A stretch of DNA of 64,000 bases. Source: Lingula anatina (lineage: Eukaryota > Animalia > Brachiopoda). The position numbers and the translations under genes were made by a program. The notes under the pieces are model-generated. The model saw only the letters and a program-made list of their open reading frames with translations. It did no database searches and had not been told where the DNA came from. Of the stretch, positions 1 to 14,661 are shown piece by piece. The stretch is from contig CM120649.1 of assembly GCA_051362555.1 (NCBI GenBank), positions 868,001-932,000 of the forward strand, written 5' to 3'. Numbering within the stretch: the stretch's first letter is position 1; each line of letters begins with the position of its first letter.

Positions 1-1593
1 GATTCGATAAAAAAGACACATAGTATCGACTGTTGAGGACCGCTCCCAATACACGGAGGAACATTGTGGTGTGGCCTTAGTAGCACATTTTAACGTGTTC
101 ATCATAAAACCTGCCGAGGCGCCGTAGTAATCGCCGACCAAAATTACTGTCGCGAGGATTTCATTCCCGCGTTAAAAACGTTGGCTTGATACGTTAAGTT
201 ATTCCTATATTGACGTCCTCTAGCGGCGCTTGCCTTTTTGCACTCCGTAGTAAAAAAAATACGCTGATGCTATTGATTTGTCAGAAGCACGTTGGAAGAC
301 CATCCGACCAAATCACCCGTCAAAGTTAGCAGTGACATATCATATAGGGAAACGAGAAACTATATCTTTCCAGGCGTTTTTGACGGATGTGATTCGCCCA
401 CTTCTTGCCGGGATGGTAACGATTTACGAGCAGAGTACCGACGTGTGAGGAAAAGAGGTGAGATAAACGTCTTGTTTTAAGTATCGGAAGAGGCGAGAAC
501 TTAACCTTAACGTATAATTCAGCCGGGCATTAAAAAATGCATATATCCCTTAAATAGGAAGAAGTTAATTACGTGAATATTCAATCAATAATTTGAGAGG
601 AATAGGTCACATGGTAAAGTTCCATTGGATGTGGGAATGTTCACAGTAATGGTGAGTGGGTGTCTTGCTTGATCTTCCAGTACAAAGAGCACGGTCTGAG
701 TAAGCCCCTATTGTATAACTTGTTGGGAAAATATTCCACCAATCAAAGGCCGGGGCACAAGAATAGATCGGCTTACCAATTAAAGGGTATGAAGTCACTT
801 TAATACACTTTCATTAAAAAGGAAGAGCAATTTAAGCTGAAATACTAAGTTCGAGATAGCACACAAAAAGGAGAGGAAGGATCTGGAATTTAATTTGGCA
901 AACCGCTTAGAGAGGCAATCAGACGCGCTCTCCCAAGAGTGTTTCTCTGGGATTTGTCATGCAGCAGCTCCATCTATTGAGAGAAGGGAACACCATACAA
1001 AAGCCGGTGCTTATTTTCTAACCCCAACATACCCTTATAAACATTAGTGATTATTTGACATCAAAGGCGAAGATATAAGATACTGATAGCAAGCCGCGCT
1101 TGAAAACGTTCGACTTGGAGCAGCTTGGCTGACTCTGGTAGTTGGAATGCCAACTGACAGCTATTGGAATCGACAGTAAAAATTGCACAAAAAGTAAACT
1201 TGGGATTTCAACCGCAGGCACGTAAGTTAAAAGCAATTCCAACAGGTGTTATCAGTCAATATTAACTGCAAATAGAAGGAAATTGAAATATTGTGGACGA
1301 TTTTTTTGCAGTCTGGGTAATTACACAAAAAGGGATGTGGTTGCGGTAGCGTGTCTTAGCACGCATTTGAAGGACGGGCGCCACTGGTAGTTTCCAGGAG
1401 CATTCTGGCAGCCCGATGAGGACAGGGAGACGATTAGTTCCGCACCAACATCACACAAGTTACCCCACCCCCACCAGCAAAGTGTCTCGTCCCCCGGTTC
1501 TCGCTGGCGCGCGTGAAGGATACCCGGTTCCCATTTTACTTTCTTTCGGACCCCTTCCAGGTGGTAATACACGGGATTTTCATCAAGCGCCTT

Positions 1594-2941
1594 ATGATGG
1601 TCTCGAGGCGGAACAACGCAACCGAGGCCGAGCGCACGGTCAAGTACACCCCCTGTGGCCAAGGAGACCACACGGACAGCAGTGACCACGAGCTCGAGCA
1701 GATCGCCGTGGTCAGTAAAGACGGTAGAAAGGAAGAGACGATTGCTCTCAATGGGCCTCACACGCTCCCTGGGCCCACGTACCCTCGCAGTTCGCCCCAT
1801 GACAGGACTAAACTTATAGGGGAGCGTCTGAGCGGGAGTAAAGGCAGGTCCCTAGATGCCTCTCCCATATACTCTGGTAAGCACCCCATGACGCCCCCGG
1901 GAGTGGCTCAAAAGTCTCGTACTCCCTCCAAGCAAAGTCTAATAGACGTTGTAACCAGTAAATTTGACCGCATTAAGCGGAAGAGTACGAAGGATGAAGT
2001 GACATTCTTAAACCGTTCTCTCCGCTCGCGTTCGCAGGACGTTGTCACGCCGCGTTCAATCCGGAAACAGAGGAGAAAAGAAATCGAGGAGAAATTTGGG
2101 AAAAGGAGCATGAAATATGAAAAAGTGGAAACGTCCACAAATTCCAGTGACAAAGATGGTTGTGCGTGGACGTTCATATTTGACCCATCAGGACGTTTGT
2201 GTTACTGGTGGTCCTCTATAGTAAGTCTGGCGTTTCTGTACAATTTCTGGGTGCCCATCTACAGGTTCGCCTTCGCTGAAATTAATGAGAACAATATGGC
2301 GTTGTGGTTCACGCTGGATTATACAGCAGATTTTATATACCTTCTAGACATTGTGGTGCATTTTCGGACGGGTTTTCTGGACGAAGGTGTCTTGCAGACT
2401 GACGTGACAAAGTTACGGCTTCATTATATGAATTCTACAATGTTTTATATTGACTGTCTTTGCTTGCTTCCACTGGATTTTTTGTATCTTTCGATCGATT
2501 TTAATTCATTACTTCGTGGTTTTCGACTGGTAAAAATCTACCGCTACTGGACATTCTTGGATAGAACGGAGAGGCACACAAACTACCCTAACGTTATACG
2601 GACTATCACTCTCCTTAACTACCTCTTGGCTATCTTCCACTGGAACGCTTGTCTATTTCACATCGTTGCCGTAAAAATAGACATTAAACACCAGGATTTC
2701 TGGGAACTCCGGACCCAGAACGGATCGTCACCGGATGCGGGGATAGAGTATATGTCTGCGTTGTATTGGAGCACCCTGATGATGACCACGACGGGGACGC
2801 TGTCCACGCGACCTCAGACCTCCGGTCAGTATTTCTTCCTCATCATGCAGATGATCTGTGCTCTGCTCCTGTTTGCCTCGGTTCTGGGTCACGTGGCCAA
2901 CATCGTCTCCAACATCAGCGCAGCGCGTAAGGACTTCCAAG
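1594..2941 (+). CDS. CNG channel alpha-like subunit, coding exon 1 (N-terminus, S1-S6, pore)
   Basis: Translation has FIFDPSGRLCYWW (pre-S1), DIVVHFRTGFLDEG, S4 LLRGFRLVKIYR-ERHTNYPN, pore helix YWSTLMMTTTG and S6 LLFASVLGHVANIV. Exon ends CAA G|GTAAGT (2941/2942). A pyrimidine-rich acceptor ...ccccttccag| ends at 1560; first in-frame ATG is 1594. Confidence 0.93.
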
Positions 2942-3004
2942 GTAAGTCTTTATGTGAAATTATGGGTGAAGTGATCTTATGTGTTTCATGTGTAATTGGT
3001 GGTG

Positions 3005-3474
3005 CAATGGCAGATCCAAAAAAAAGGACAAGCCAGCACGTTCGTAGTCCTAAGGCCCCATTACCATAGACACCATCGGTTTTCATAGATCGAACCAACT
3101 GCGCGGGGACTCTCGCTGAGTGCAATCAGCTTAAGTGGTTGACAAGTCCCCTCTTGAAACTGAGTAGAATACAGAGAAGCTGGTAATAAATCAGTTAATC
3201 AGTTAAGCTGTTTGCAATCAGCAAGATTCTCCACAAAGTTGGATTGATCTACCTAAACCGATGGTGTCTATGGGGATAGGGTTTTAGCCTCCAAGGTGAC
3301 CCCTTTCTCCCGTTTCTCAACCCCTTGAAAAACGGATTAATGAACAGAACGAGGGGAAACCAGGTCGTTTCCGCCCCATTTGCACTGATTAATATAGTAA
3401 AAACGTCCTCATCTACTGCTTTTATATTTGCCGATTTATAATCCCCTACCCGCATAGCTAAACCTTGGATCCAC
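3005..3474. mobile_element. Degenerate non-autonomous DNA element (CA.TGGC.GATCC-type ends) hosting a nested MITE
   Basis: Left end CAATGGCAGATCCA, right end TGGATCCAC, flanked by a 5-bp direct repeat TGGTG (3000-3004, 3475-3479). Ends resemble the 15315/30199 family. Confidence 0.4.
3054..3283. mobile_element. PIF/Harbinger-like foldback MITE (family A relative)
   Basis: TIRs GGCCCCATTACCATAGACACCATCGGTTT / AAACCGATGGTGTCTATGGGGATAGGGTT, flanked by TAA and TTA. Confidence 0.7.
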
Positions 3475-3546
3475 TGGTGATTTAAGTTAAAGGGTGCAAC
3501 GCATTATATATATCTATACGTTCATTTCTTATCTTAATTTTGTCAG

Positions 3547-3549
<3 letters not shown>

Positions 3550-3597
<48 letters not shown>
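3550..3597. repeat. (TA)n microsatellite
   Basis: Perfect TA run seen directly. Confidence 0.95.
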
Positions 3598-3600
<3 letters not shown>

Positions 3601-6519
3601 AAATGAAGATAAGAAGTGAACGTTTTGTTGTCTTGTGTATTACGTGTTCACTATGCCACATTCATTTACAGTATATTGTCTTCTGTATACGTTTTGTTCA
3701 TACTAACATTTAACCAGATGAGAGACAACATACCGATGTGAAATTTCTCTATGTATGAAGTATATATGTCCCGGTTATAATATGAGTTCACTTGATTATA
3801 TAGTTTAACATGTCACCTACATTAAGGTCACGCAAGCAAACTGTTGCTCACAGATCTGAAAAGTGTGTTTCACAACTGAAATATGCAGTAGGTCGCGTGT
3901 CGTTCATATTGAACTGCTACCTGGATATAATCAGTTATAATCTAAAAAATGATATACTTACTGTGTAACTACGAGTATGGATCACGCATGCTATAATATA
4001 AGAGTATGATCAATGGCAGGTACATTTATTAGGCTGGAATGTCAAAGACCTAGATTAACACATAATCATTTCGGGAGATAGCACAGATCGAACTGATGAC
4101 ACGTTGGATTTTTAAAATTAAAATCACTGTCAATGCTCACACAAATTCAAAATTCAGTGAAATGGCGTAGAGGTCTACTAGATTTAGATAAGGTAAAGAG
4201 CAAAGAGGAGGCTGAGGCATTAACTATGGTGGTTTTAAAGTATTTAACCCACTAACAACCCATGAATGTTGCACATGTACTTTGGGTCTTAATGGTTAAA
4301 TTTTTTATCCAAAAGTCCCTAATAATTCCCCTGCAATCATGTGAACCATACAAGATAAATGCACAAACAAACAAACAAGCAATCAATCAAACAAGCAAAC
4401 GGACAAAGAAACAAATTAATAAACAAGCAAACAAACTCTAAGCATGCTTTCTGCAAATGTTTTAAATGGAAAATTGTTTGTATAGCCAACTGCATATACA
4501 ATTACCTCCGAGGTTGGAGCTGTTTTTCCTAACCAACTTCAACACACGACCGGATTATCCGGCGGATTATCAGGCGGATTAAATCCATTTTCTGTGATGC
4601 TCAGTTGACAATGTCTACGAGGTGTTTTAACCACAATGTGACAACGCACAGTCATGATACCATCATTGCTATTTCACTATCAGTTATTAACACTGCACGA
4701 TCTGAACCGCTTTAATGACATATAGAACATAATATTTTGATAAGAGTTATACATTAGAAATGTTAATATTAATGATATCACATCAGCAGTGACACAGATT
4801 TTGATGTACCTATTACTAATACATCTTAAGACTCTTAAAGATACATAACAAGCTAGAGTACAGCTGAATAATCCCTGTGGCCAACTGAAAATACTACTAA
4901 ACAAATCAAATAAAGTCCACATACAAAATGGCAGCCGAAAAAAGTGGTTAAACTGTACTTTCTTCAAAACAGTGGTCGTAATTTTGACCTACTTCTCCGA
5001 TTCCCAGTATGCAGCGAAACGGAATATGAAACGAAAGGGGATACTGAAACGAACCTCTATGGTATTTCTTCTGGTTCTACTATTTTGAAACGATATGTTG
5101 GCATTTCTTCTGGCAATTAAATGACATTCTAGTAGGAATTATACGACATGACTACACGCTTAATATGCATCTTAAAGACAAGCTGCTTTACGAACTATGG
5201 CCACCAATGCTTTCTTGAAATCTTTTCTGAAATCGTCTATTTTTACGTGAACCAAAGAAGTTGCTTAGTGCCGCAGGCAATATTAAAATGATTTAAACAT
5301 TTTGGGGAATATTTTCCGTTTTTACAGCATTTCTTACTCCTTGACTCTTAATTATAAACCTTATGAAAAAAGTCTGGAAAATGTTTCTGCTTATTTTAAG
5401 TCGGCTATCGTGGGGACAACATGTCAAAATTAGTTGAATCTCCATGCGCGTGCTGTGTGACCATAACCACCAAACATCATTTTCATTTCAAAACTAATAA
5501 ATATCTTCAGAATTGCTTTATTTACTTATTATTCAAAGCGCTTGTTTATACTTGGTGTGACTATTTAAAATGGAGAAAGATGCAGGCAGATGCATGAAAA
5601 AATGAACCGCCAAGTTATGAAATGCAGATTAGAGGCTAAATAATCAATTTATAAAGATGAGAATTGTTATTAACCAGTCTTCGTCAGATGGGATGTGTTA
5701 TGTCATGCGATAAGTTTTGGTGCAAAACTGCCAGCTTGCACCACGAACCGAACGATTAATAAAGACTTCATTTGGCATATATCCCATCTTATGTGAAAGG
5801 CATATATTCATTCCTATCGTTAGGTGACATATGCGCTTTGGATGAACGCTTCGGACTCGTAGAGCATTGAACGTCGAAATCAAGTGATGAAATACGATAT
5901 CAGAGTGCATATGGCATTTATCAATATTAATGTATACTTTAATCTTAATTGCTTCATTACGCAAGTTTGACCTCAATTTCTGGCAGGAGACATTAGATCC
6001 ACAGGTCACGGTGCACTTTCTGAAAGGGACCGTTTCAAGGAATTTTACTTCTGTGCAATGTTTAGAACTAAAAGAAAATTCCGTGGATTTATTTTGGTCA
6101 CACCAATCTTTACTTGCCTTAAGACTAAAGCACAGGTTCTGGGGAAAGAAAAAAAATGTGTAAATCTTGCAATAATAACACTAGATGCAGCTCTTAGTTG
6201 AGTATCGCAAAATTTCACCCGATTTTTTTTATATGTATATGTTTTTATAATATTTTGCAAAGTGCCGCGGCACGATACTAATAAACATCAGTTAATATTT
6301 TATACTACGTGCACAAATACTTTGCTGTGTTTTAAAAGTTCAGCTCATTCCATGGAATATTTAGCGTTAAGGGTGCCATCACTAATATTTCTTGTACTGA
6401 ATATCATTTTTGGTATGGTACTGAAAGTCACAACACGCATGCGCAGAAACTGATGTCATCTCACGTTAAACGCAACGTCACAATTATCAATGAAATAATT
6501 ACATGTATTAATAGTAATA

Positions 6520-6960
6520 ATATTTATTTCTTAAAACCGCACTACACTACCGTCTCAGTGCTGTTTACAGATAAAATTATTATGATTGCAACTAATTATA
6601 TAGATAATAAAAGCTAAGGTAAAAAAACAATTAAAATAATTAAAGCTGGTTAAAATAGTAATGGTCTGAACAATAAAACTTTTTTCTGATAAAATGAGAA
6701 AATATTAATTACAATACTGTTCAAATAAGAATGTTTTTAAGTCTTTTTTAAAAACCTCAACACTATCAATAGTCCGAATGTACTTCTAAATCAACATAGT
6801 GGAGTTACATTAAAGAAAAGTGCCTCTACAGAAACTTTTTCAGACCTGGCAAAGTCAATCCGCACACGATGTAGTGTGTATCATAATGTTGCAAGACATG
6901 TTGAAGTCAAAGTGGTTCAAATAACGTAAAGTGGTTGAAACTGATAATAACTCCTCTTTT
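6520..6960 (-). mobile_element. 3' fragment of an L2-type LINE
   Basis: Minus strand near 6710-6785 reads YIRTIDSVEVFKKDLKTFLFEQYCN*, the FKxxLKTxLF ORF2 C-terminus. It is followed by an L2-like tail CTGTAAACAGCACTGAG...GTGCGGTTTTAAGAAATAAAT. Boundaries approximate. Confidence 0.6.
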
Positions 6961-7844
6961 TAAACGGTCCCTGTCTACAAGTAGTTTCTCCCCTCTCCCC
7001 CCCCCCCCCAAAAAAAAAAAAAAAAAAAAAAAACGACACACTGTTTGTGACGCACTGCAAAAGGCACCAGCGGTACTGCTGCCGGGATAATCTGTCGTAA
7101 GACAATTGACCTATTTGAAAAATATTCGTTTAATTTGGGAGCCGGTAAAATCCGATTCCTTTGGGAAGTCGTTTGATGAATAGAAACGTGCAGTGGTGTG
7201 ACATAATGTTTTCAGTCCACGCCATATAATCAATTGACTACAAGTACATTGGTTTAGATGCTTAATTGGTTGTCTTACATTTACTGGGCATGCACCGCAA
7301 CCCACTTCCTTCCAGCTACAACCAAAGTTGTTGTTTCTTTCTATTTTTGTTTATATGCATACGTGTTAACGTTTGTCCGGTGTCTGGTCACACCTTTTTG
7401 CCAAGACATGCGCTTCCTTTAACGTACATAATATTACAAGATAAAACGTATGATACGCCTCGATTCAAAACACATAGTACTCGAAATTGACACATGTACT
7501 ACATAAACTGAACCGACGCTCTGTTCCTTCATTTTCAAATTGAGAAGATGATACGCCATGAGATCGATCAAGCTCTTGAAACTGCATCCAACCCGTTAAT
7601 GCATCGCTGTTCCTGTCAATACTTATGGCTTATGAAATGAATAGTGATTGATCAGGGATAAATCTATTGTCATTAGGTGGGCCGTTTGAATGCACTGATC
7701 AGCGATAAGCTTTTCTAAAATGAGGTTTGGCTGTTATGTTCAAATATGGTTCGTGGAAAACAGACAGTGGGTAATGGATATTCATGCAAAACTAGGATTA
7801 TACGTCTGTTGGTGGGGCTGTAACATCCCTTTGTGTTCTGCTTT

Positions 7845-7983
7845 CTCTCTCTCTCTCTCTCTCTTAGAAATAATTATCTCTCTTATCTTTTTTAGAGTAT
7901 CGCATCTCTTAAAAAACTTAACTCTCTCTGAAAATAATTTTCTCTCTTTTTTTAAAAAAACCCGCATCTCTTTTAGAAAACTC

Positions 7984-8035
<52 letters not shown>
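7845..8035. repeat. Interrupted (TC)n microsatellite
   Basis: TC runs separated by AT-rich spacers. Confidence 0.9.
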
Positions 8036-8036
<1 letters not shown>

Positions 8037-8408
8037 TCCCACCACATCAATGGAATTAACCAAGTCAAGTGCAAGCAGACAGTTATGACTTTTCCGTGTC
8101 GTACATGTTTTATTACACCCAGAATCACTCCGACTCATCAAACCAGTACAGTGAAGTGATCATAACTTCATACCCAAAATACGGCGTGATGAACGGCGGC
8201 CATACAGCATGTTTTATGTTAACGTTGTTATGCCGTGCAGTTTATGGTAAAAACTAATAAAACGTACGTCCCAGATTATGCCGTAAGGTTTATTGGCAAT
8301 ATGAGTTGATATACGGGCATGTGTTCGTAAGTACATAGTATAACCAGTATAACTGAGTGCCAGCAAAAGTACATCATAGTCAATGGTGGAACGGTTTAAC
8401 AAAACTAA

Positions 8409-8560
8409 GGGACCGTGAAACAGATAGTCCGTCCTACGTTTAGTTTTAATGGTTAGGGTTAGCCTGACCTAAGTGGGTTAAAATCTAGGCTCCCCTGTAC
8501 AAATGAATGGGAAGCGGACTCTCTAACATGGGGCGGGGACTCTCTGTCACGTTACACCGG
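8409..8560. mobile_element. Possible short MITE with internal GGTTAGGGTTAG
   Basis: Imperfect inverted ends GTGAAACAGATAGTCC / GGACTCTCTGTCAC and terminal ACACCGG. Confidence 0.35.
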
Positions 8561-11333
8561 GACAGGCCACAGTGGGCAATTTGATTATCCTCTCTACCTG
8601 CTCATCCTCTACCTGCTCATCCTCAAGAACAGTATAACGTGTGAAACAAGGCAAAAACCAAATCAATCGCTCCATCGATGCATATATCACAGTAATACTG
8701 CCTTTGTCTACTAGTTTATATCTATCGAATGAAATAAGGCAATGTTTATCTTTTCACACCCCCCCCCCACCCTACCATGACAGTAGTTTACATAATCCTG
8801 TATTGGCCAAGAGAAGATGCTACGCATTATTGGAGGTGAATATTTCAGATTGGTGAAGATCAGAAACATTCTGTCTATGAAGTTATGAACAAGACAAGAT
8901 GAGGTTACTGCCCTTCCATGATCGTTGCCCAACGGATACCCTTTTTCGGCCATATATCTCTAAAACTGGAACTACCCAAAAGGGCGTTATTCTGGAACCC
9001 CTTCAGTAATTGCTGAGGGTTATGTGATCAAACAATGTAGTATGGTGACCATTTCGTGGTCTGAAATTCATCCCTGATGCGTGTAACTTGTGCATGAAAG
9101 ATACAGCAACCGCGGGGCGTGTTCGCACGCGTTTTAAATTGGACGGAAACGCTTGAGGTTACATCAATATTTAAGCCGTGTAGTATCGGTTTTGCAATGT
9201 AATATAACACCCACATGTATTATCTGTCTGTTAATCTTCTACATTGTTGTTTCAATGTGGTGTGAATACCAAATAATGCCACCTTTAAAAGATTTCTTTA
9301 CGCTATCTGACCGCGTGTAAATTGAACGATATCATAATAATAAATACCCATTGTGGTACGCGCAGGACCAATATCATTTTGATGACTCTGTAAACAAGTC
9401 CATTATATCGTGATGAGCATCGCCTTTGGGTTGACTTTTTTCGGTGAATAGATCGTTTTTACACCAGGTGTTGAGGTGGGCATCATTGTCAATGATTGCT
9501 GAGGTGAACGTGGTGTATTATAGATGATAAAGTAAATCCTCTCTACTTAAAACCATCTAACGTCACGGCGAGGCAGGTACCTGTTCAGTAATTGTCTATC
9601 GTTCGATCTCAGGTGCTTTAATTCTAACTATCACCGTTTGCTAAGACTTCAGTGTGCGTCATTCTTACATGACTTCTATTAGTCACATCTTATAAACTAG
9701 TAGACCGTCTAGATTTATTTGGACTGATCATTTTCATATTTATGTGTAATTTTAAAGTCTTCATCTGAAACAGTTAACCTTTAATCTCATTGGAATTTCA
9801 GCGGAATGCTTTGTCGCACTCGTTTTTGGAAATCACTTAATAGTTGTACCACAATGATTGTATTTCTAACTGTCCCTAGTTACTGAGCTTAAGTTGAAAC
9901 TGAAAATACCGTCTTCTTGGAACGACTAATTCCGCCGAGCAAACTGATCTTCATATCCAAATTGTATTATGATATCGTTCAATTTCCAACGACCTTCTGA
10001 AAGCAAATATAATTTATCAGCCCTTGGTCCTAAAGCTGAACAAGTTGATTAATGAATCCTGTTCCAGCACGTTTTCCTTACATATCGGTAATTAATTATT
10101 TGTGATCGGGAGTTGAATAATGTTTACACTCCGCCGCTGTGTTATGGCGTCAACCGGAAAAACAGGACATTTATGAAAATTAAATCTTAGAATGATACAT
10201 GATAATTTTTTCAATTATTTCATTCAACGCTAATTTGCAAGCAGGAAAAGTGGCTTAATGTCTAATGTTGAATCATCAGACACGATTTAAGATATTACTT
10301 GATCTAGATTATCATACAACTTTAATGGATGTCTTTTTAATCCGATTTGCCAAAGGCTTTATTTTTTCTGGCAATTTACTCCTTTTTTTAAACATGGGTG
10401 CATATAAAACAATTGGATTTTTTTATGTTAACATCAGTTAATGCAAGACAAAGGAACTAGATTTAACGTTATTTAAGTGGATTAGCAAAATACGTTTTGG
10501 AGATTTGAGATGCAATAAGGCACTGAAAAAAAAACAGGTGTTTGCGTCACAGTGATGCTTAACACCATTAATTCCGTGGCATTACATATAACCCAGTCAT
10601 ACTGGTAAAGATAAATAAATAAATAAATAAATAAATAAGAAGAAAAACAAAGAGAATGCACTGAATGTTCAACGTCAATCACTGTCATAGCGCGGTTAAA
10701 TTAACTGGAAAATAATCTTGATACGTTATGCGCCATGACAACTTATTTGATCATTATATGCATGTTTTGCAATATTATCCATTTAACTTATTCTCATTAA
10801 TCATTTCTATCTTATTATTTCCCTTTGTTTATCAATATCAATAAATAATGTAATTGTCTTTTCTTACATTAACGCTGTAATCATTGAATTGTCGTAAACA
10901 AAGTTCTAATTCTCGAAAGTCCAAATTCGCATCATGCATTCATTACATTCTTAATTATAGAAGAATAAAGCATCACGCTTCAAAAGCTCATTATTGGTAA
11001 CAAAACAAGCTGAAAATAAACGGTATGCGTCTCTTTTGCGATGTCATTGATTATATTCAGGCGTTAATGTAATCACGCGTAAAGGACGCTAGCCAAGGTT
11101 TACGGGTTTTTTTCTTGTTGTTTGTACATGCAGGTCTTTAAGTTGTAAATTCGATCCTTTTTTTTTTCTCTGTATCATTAGAACAAAATTTCCTTATTTT
11201 CTTTCTTTTATCTTATATTTTTCTTTATTCTAGTTGAACCTTACCATCTTACCCATTACTCGCTCACGTTTCGTTCATGAGCATCTTGCAAACATGACTA
11301 TTTTAATTTTTATGTTAAAACACCCGTACCAAA

Positions 11334-11589
11334 GGGATCATTCCCAGACCCTATGGTTCTAACTGTGAATCGATCTATCTCCAATGAGATTCTCGCTCAT
11401 TGCAATCAACTTAAACGGCTTAGATATCTGTCTCTCCTACTGAAGCTGCTAGGGGGTAATTAATTATCGTTTAGCAGCTTCAGTAGGCGTGACAGACCTC
11501 TACGTCGCTGAAGCCGAAAGTAATTTAGCGAGAAACCCCTTGGAGATGGACCTATCCTGTTAGATCGATCTAGGCATGGGAACCCAGTC
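11334..11589. mobile_element. PIF/Harbinger-like foldback MITE, family A
   Basis: Internally palindromic (CCTACTGAAGCTGCTA ... TAGCAGCTTCAGTAGG), 3-bp AAA duplication on both sides, colinear with 48373-48617. Confidence 0.75.
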
Positions 11590-13613
11590 AAATACTATTT
11601 CATGGCCGTAGAAATAAAAACACTCGTGTAAAAGAACATATGGATCCCACTTTTAGCCGCCAGCACTACAAACGTCCTTAACACGACAAAGGGTGGAAGA
11701 TCAATTGCTTGATTCCCGGTCGAAAGTGAAGTGATAAAAGTGAGTTATTGTTGTGTGAATCATGTTTTCACCGCCGGCGGAAGCTGGCCGTGTAGGTACA
11801 TGGCGTACTTCCGTGAACAGCGTTTATATCCTGGACGTGTAGGAACACTTCACGGAATGGGCGTGATAATTGACGTGTATTTGATACGCAAAGAGGCCCC
11901 GGGAAAGATTGTGAGGGGGGGGGGGGTTGAGAGAGAGAGAGATGCACTTACATTTGCTCTGAATCGCATATTAAACCCAATTCAGCGATCATCATAATGT
12001 ACTTTAAATTGAAACCGTGCATTTCAAACACCGTGAAACGGATCATAATCTATCTTATCTAACGTAAATCATGACAGAAATAAGGATGAATTAACGGTTA
12101 CACAAGCTTGATGTGTTTTTGTATGTGTTTCTCTGCTCTGATGTCCTGATGATCTATTCTGTTTAGCTTAAATCCTAACGGCCGTTACATCGATCATCAT
12201 GAAACAAACCAAATATTAACCCCCTTTTTTTAGAATTTCCATATTACTTTATCAACATACTACTGTTAAAGTTGACAAATCCAAAAGTTAATACGGAATG
12301 ACGATAAAATATGACGCATGTTTTTATAAAATAGGTTGACCTAAAGCAAGCATGTGCCAACAAAGATAACGAACAGATGTAGATTGGCACTTAAAGGCAA
12401 ATGATACATGTACTGGCAAGTTAATCATTTTACATATAAGGAATATTGTGTTCCATCATTCAGTATAAATGTGCCTGTACTTCTGTGTATGAGGGTTTGT
12501 TACAAAGATTACAGATGGTAACAGACAGAAAGACAGACAGACGGACATACTGACAGACGGAAAGAGCGGCAAGTAGGCAGACCGAAAGGAAAAACCACCA
12601 GAATTCCATACAATTATACAAACACAACTAAATGTTTGACATCAATAATTCTTTGCGTAATATGATAAACGTTTGTTTTACTGTGAATGATTGCGCAAAG
12701 TTTGCTTACACACGTAGGGCGAGAGACATAAAAAAGATAAACAAAAGGAGAAAAAAATCAAACAAAGACAGCTCACTAGATGTCATCAATACAGTGGGCT
12801 TTACGCGCTGTAGATTATGTAGCTCTTCACGTCCGCCGCAATAACTACAGTACTCTATCCCTATCGATCATACCCGCGGCTTTCTATGCCGACGGTCGAT
12901 ACTGTATTCTTTTCTCTAATGAAAATATTGTCAGACCAAGTGTGCTAAAGCATTATCACCGAGTCAAGTCTATTGACCGAAATGATACGCACCATAATTC
13001 TTCCATCTTGTCAACATTATTCAACAGGTAGACGACGGTGGAATGGCTTCCATTATACTAATTTTTCCTGGGATTGAAAAGTACCATTAGAAATATGAGT
13101 GAGATCTACCGATCTTTGCTCTGCACTAAATTATTCAGATTGATTGCAAGTGGAATATTGGTACGAAAAAAAATAATGTCACTAATTTTTCTTGCGTTTA
13201 TAGGATATTTTTACATATTTGAATCGCTCTCTGATTAATTTCAAATCAAAGTGTACTGTATATACAAGCATGCACTATTTCTACAAAATCCGTTTGACTT
13301 CACTTCGCATAAACAGAGTAATTGATCACCTACGACTACTAGAAGATTCTCGTAATATAGCAACTGACCAGGTACCATGAATAATTATACTTTAATACCT
13401 CCCCGTAGTTGTAATGGATGTAGTCTTGACGTAAATCTGATCTGAACGAGAGTGTGAGCAAATATTTTGATGAATTGTACAAGTAAAATGTACAACATGA
13501 ACTACCTGTAGGTGGGAACTGCTCGTGCCTGGGAGGGGGGGGGGAGGGGAGGGGGGGGTGGGGGTTAGCTGGCACCTGTGAAGGTTACTCTTGGTGATGT
13601 CATCTAGGTAAAC

Positions 13614-14333
<720 letters not shown>

Positions 14334-14609
14334 GAGTTTTATTGCGTCGCTTTCGGCCCGTCTCTTACTTCAGAAAGTAGAGCTGTCTATCCGATTAATT
14401 AATCCACCCAACGAATCAATATGTCTAGCACATGTGGGTGGAAAGGAGAAAGCACCAGCAGAACGGTGAGGTTTAAATTTCCAGTGACGGTGCTTAATGT
14501 GTCCGACTTGTGCACTGCTGGATTGGGATCATAAAGGATTTGATACATTTGTATTTAGGATTTTGTTTCTCTGTGTGTGCCGTAGCCCCTAATCACCTGC
14601 ATACGCGCA

Positions 14610-14616
14610 AACACAC

Positions 14617-14658
<42 letters not shown>
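14610..14658. repeat. (CA)n microsatellite
   Basis: Seen directly. Confidence 0.95.

Positions 14659-14661
<3 letters not shown>

Noticed and set aside
292-1221. Upstream coding exon for the CNG gene (candidate donors at 457/458 and 1221/1222)
   Set aside because: Both have an in-frame stop shortly before the donor in the frame needed to join 1561, so they are at most 5' UTR exons; cannot be placed without transcripts.
2942-3069. C-terminal 42 aa of the 518-aa ORF
   Set aside because: Intron read-through after a consensus GTAAGT donor; the true continuation is at 30954.
4130-4515. Possible reversed Helentron relic with (AAAC)n; similar (CAGA)n at 12520-12590
   Set aside because: Termini too decayed to define.
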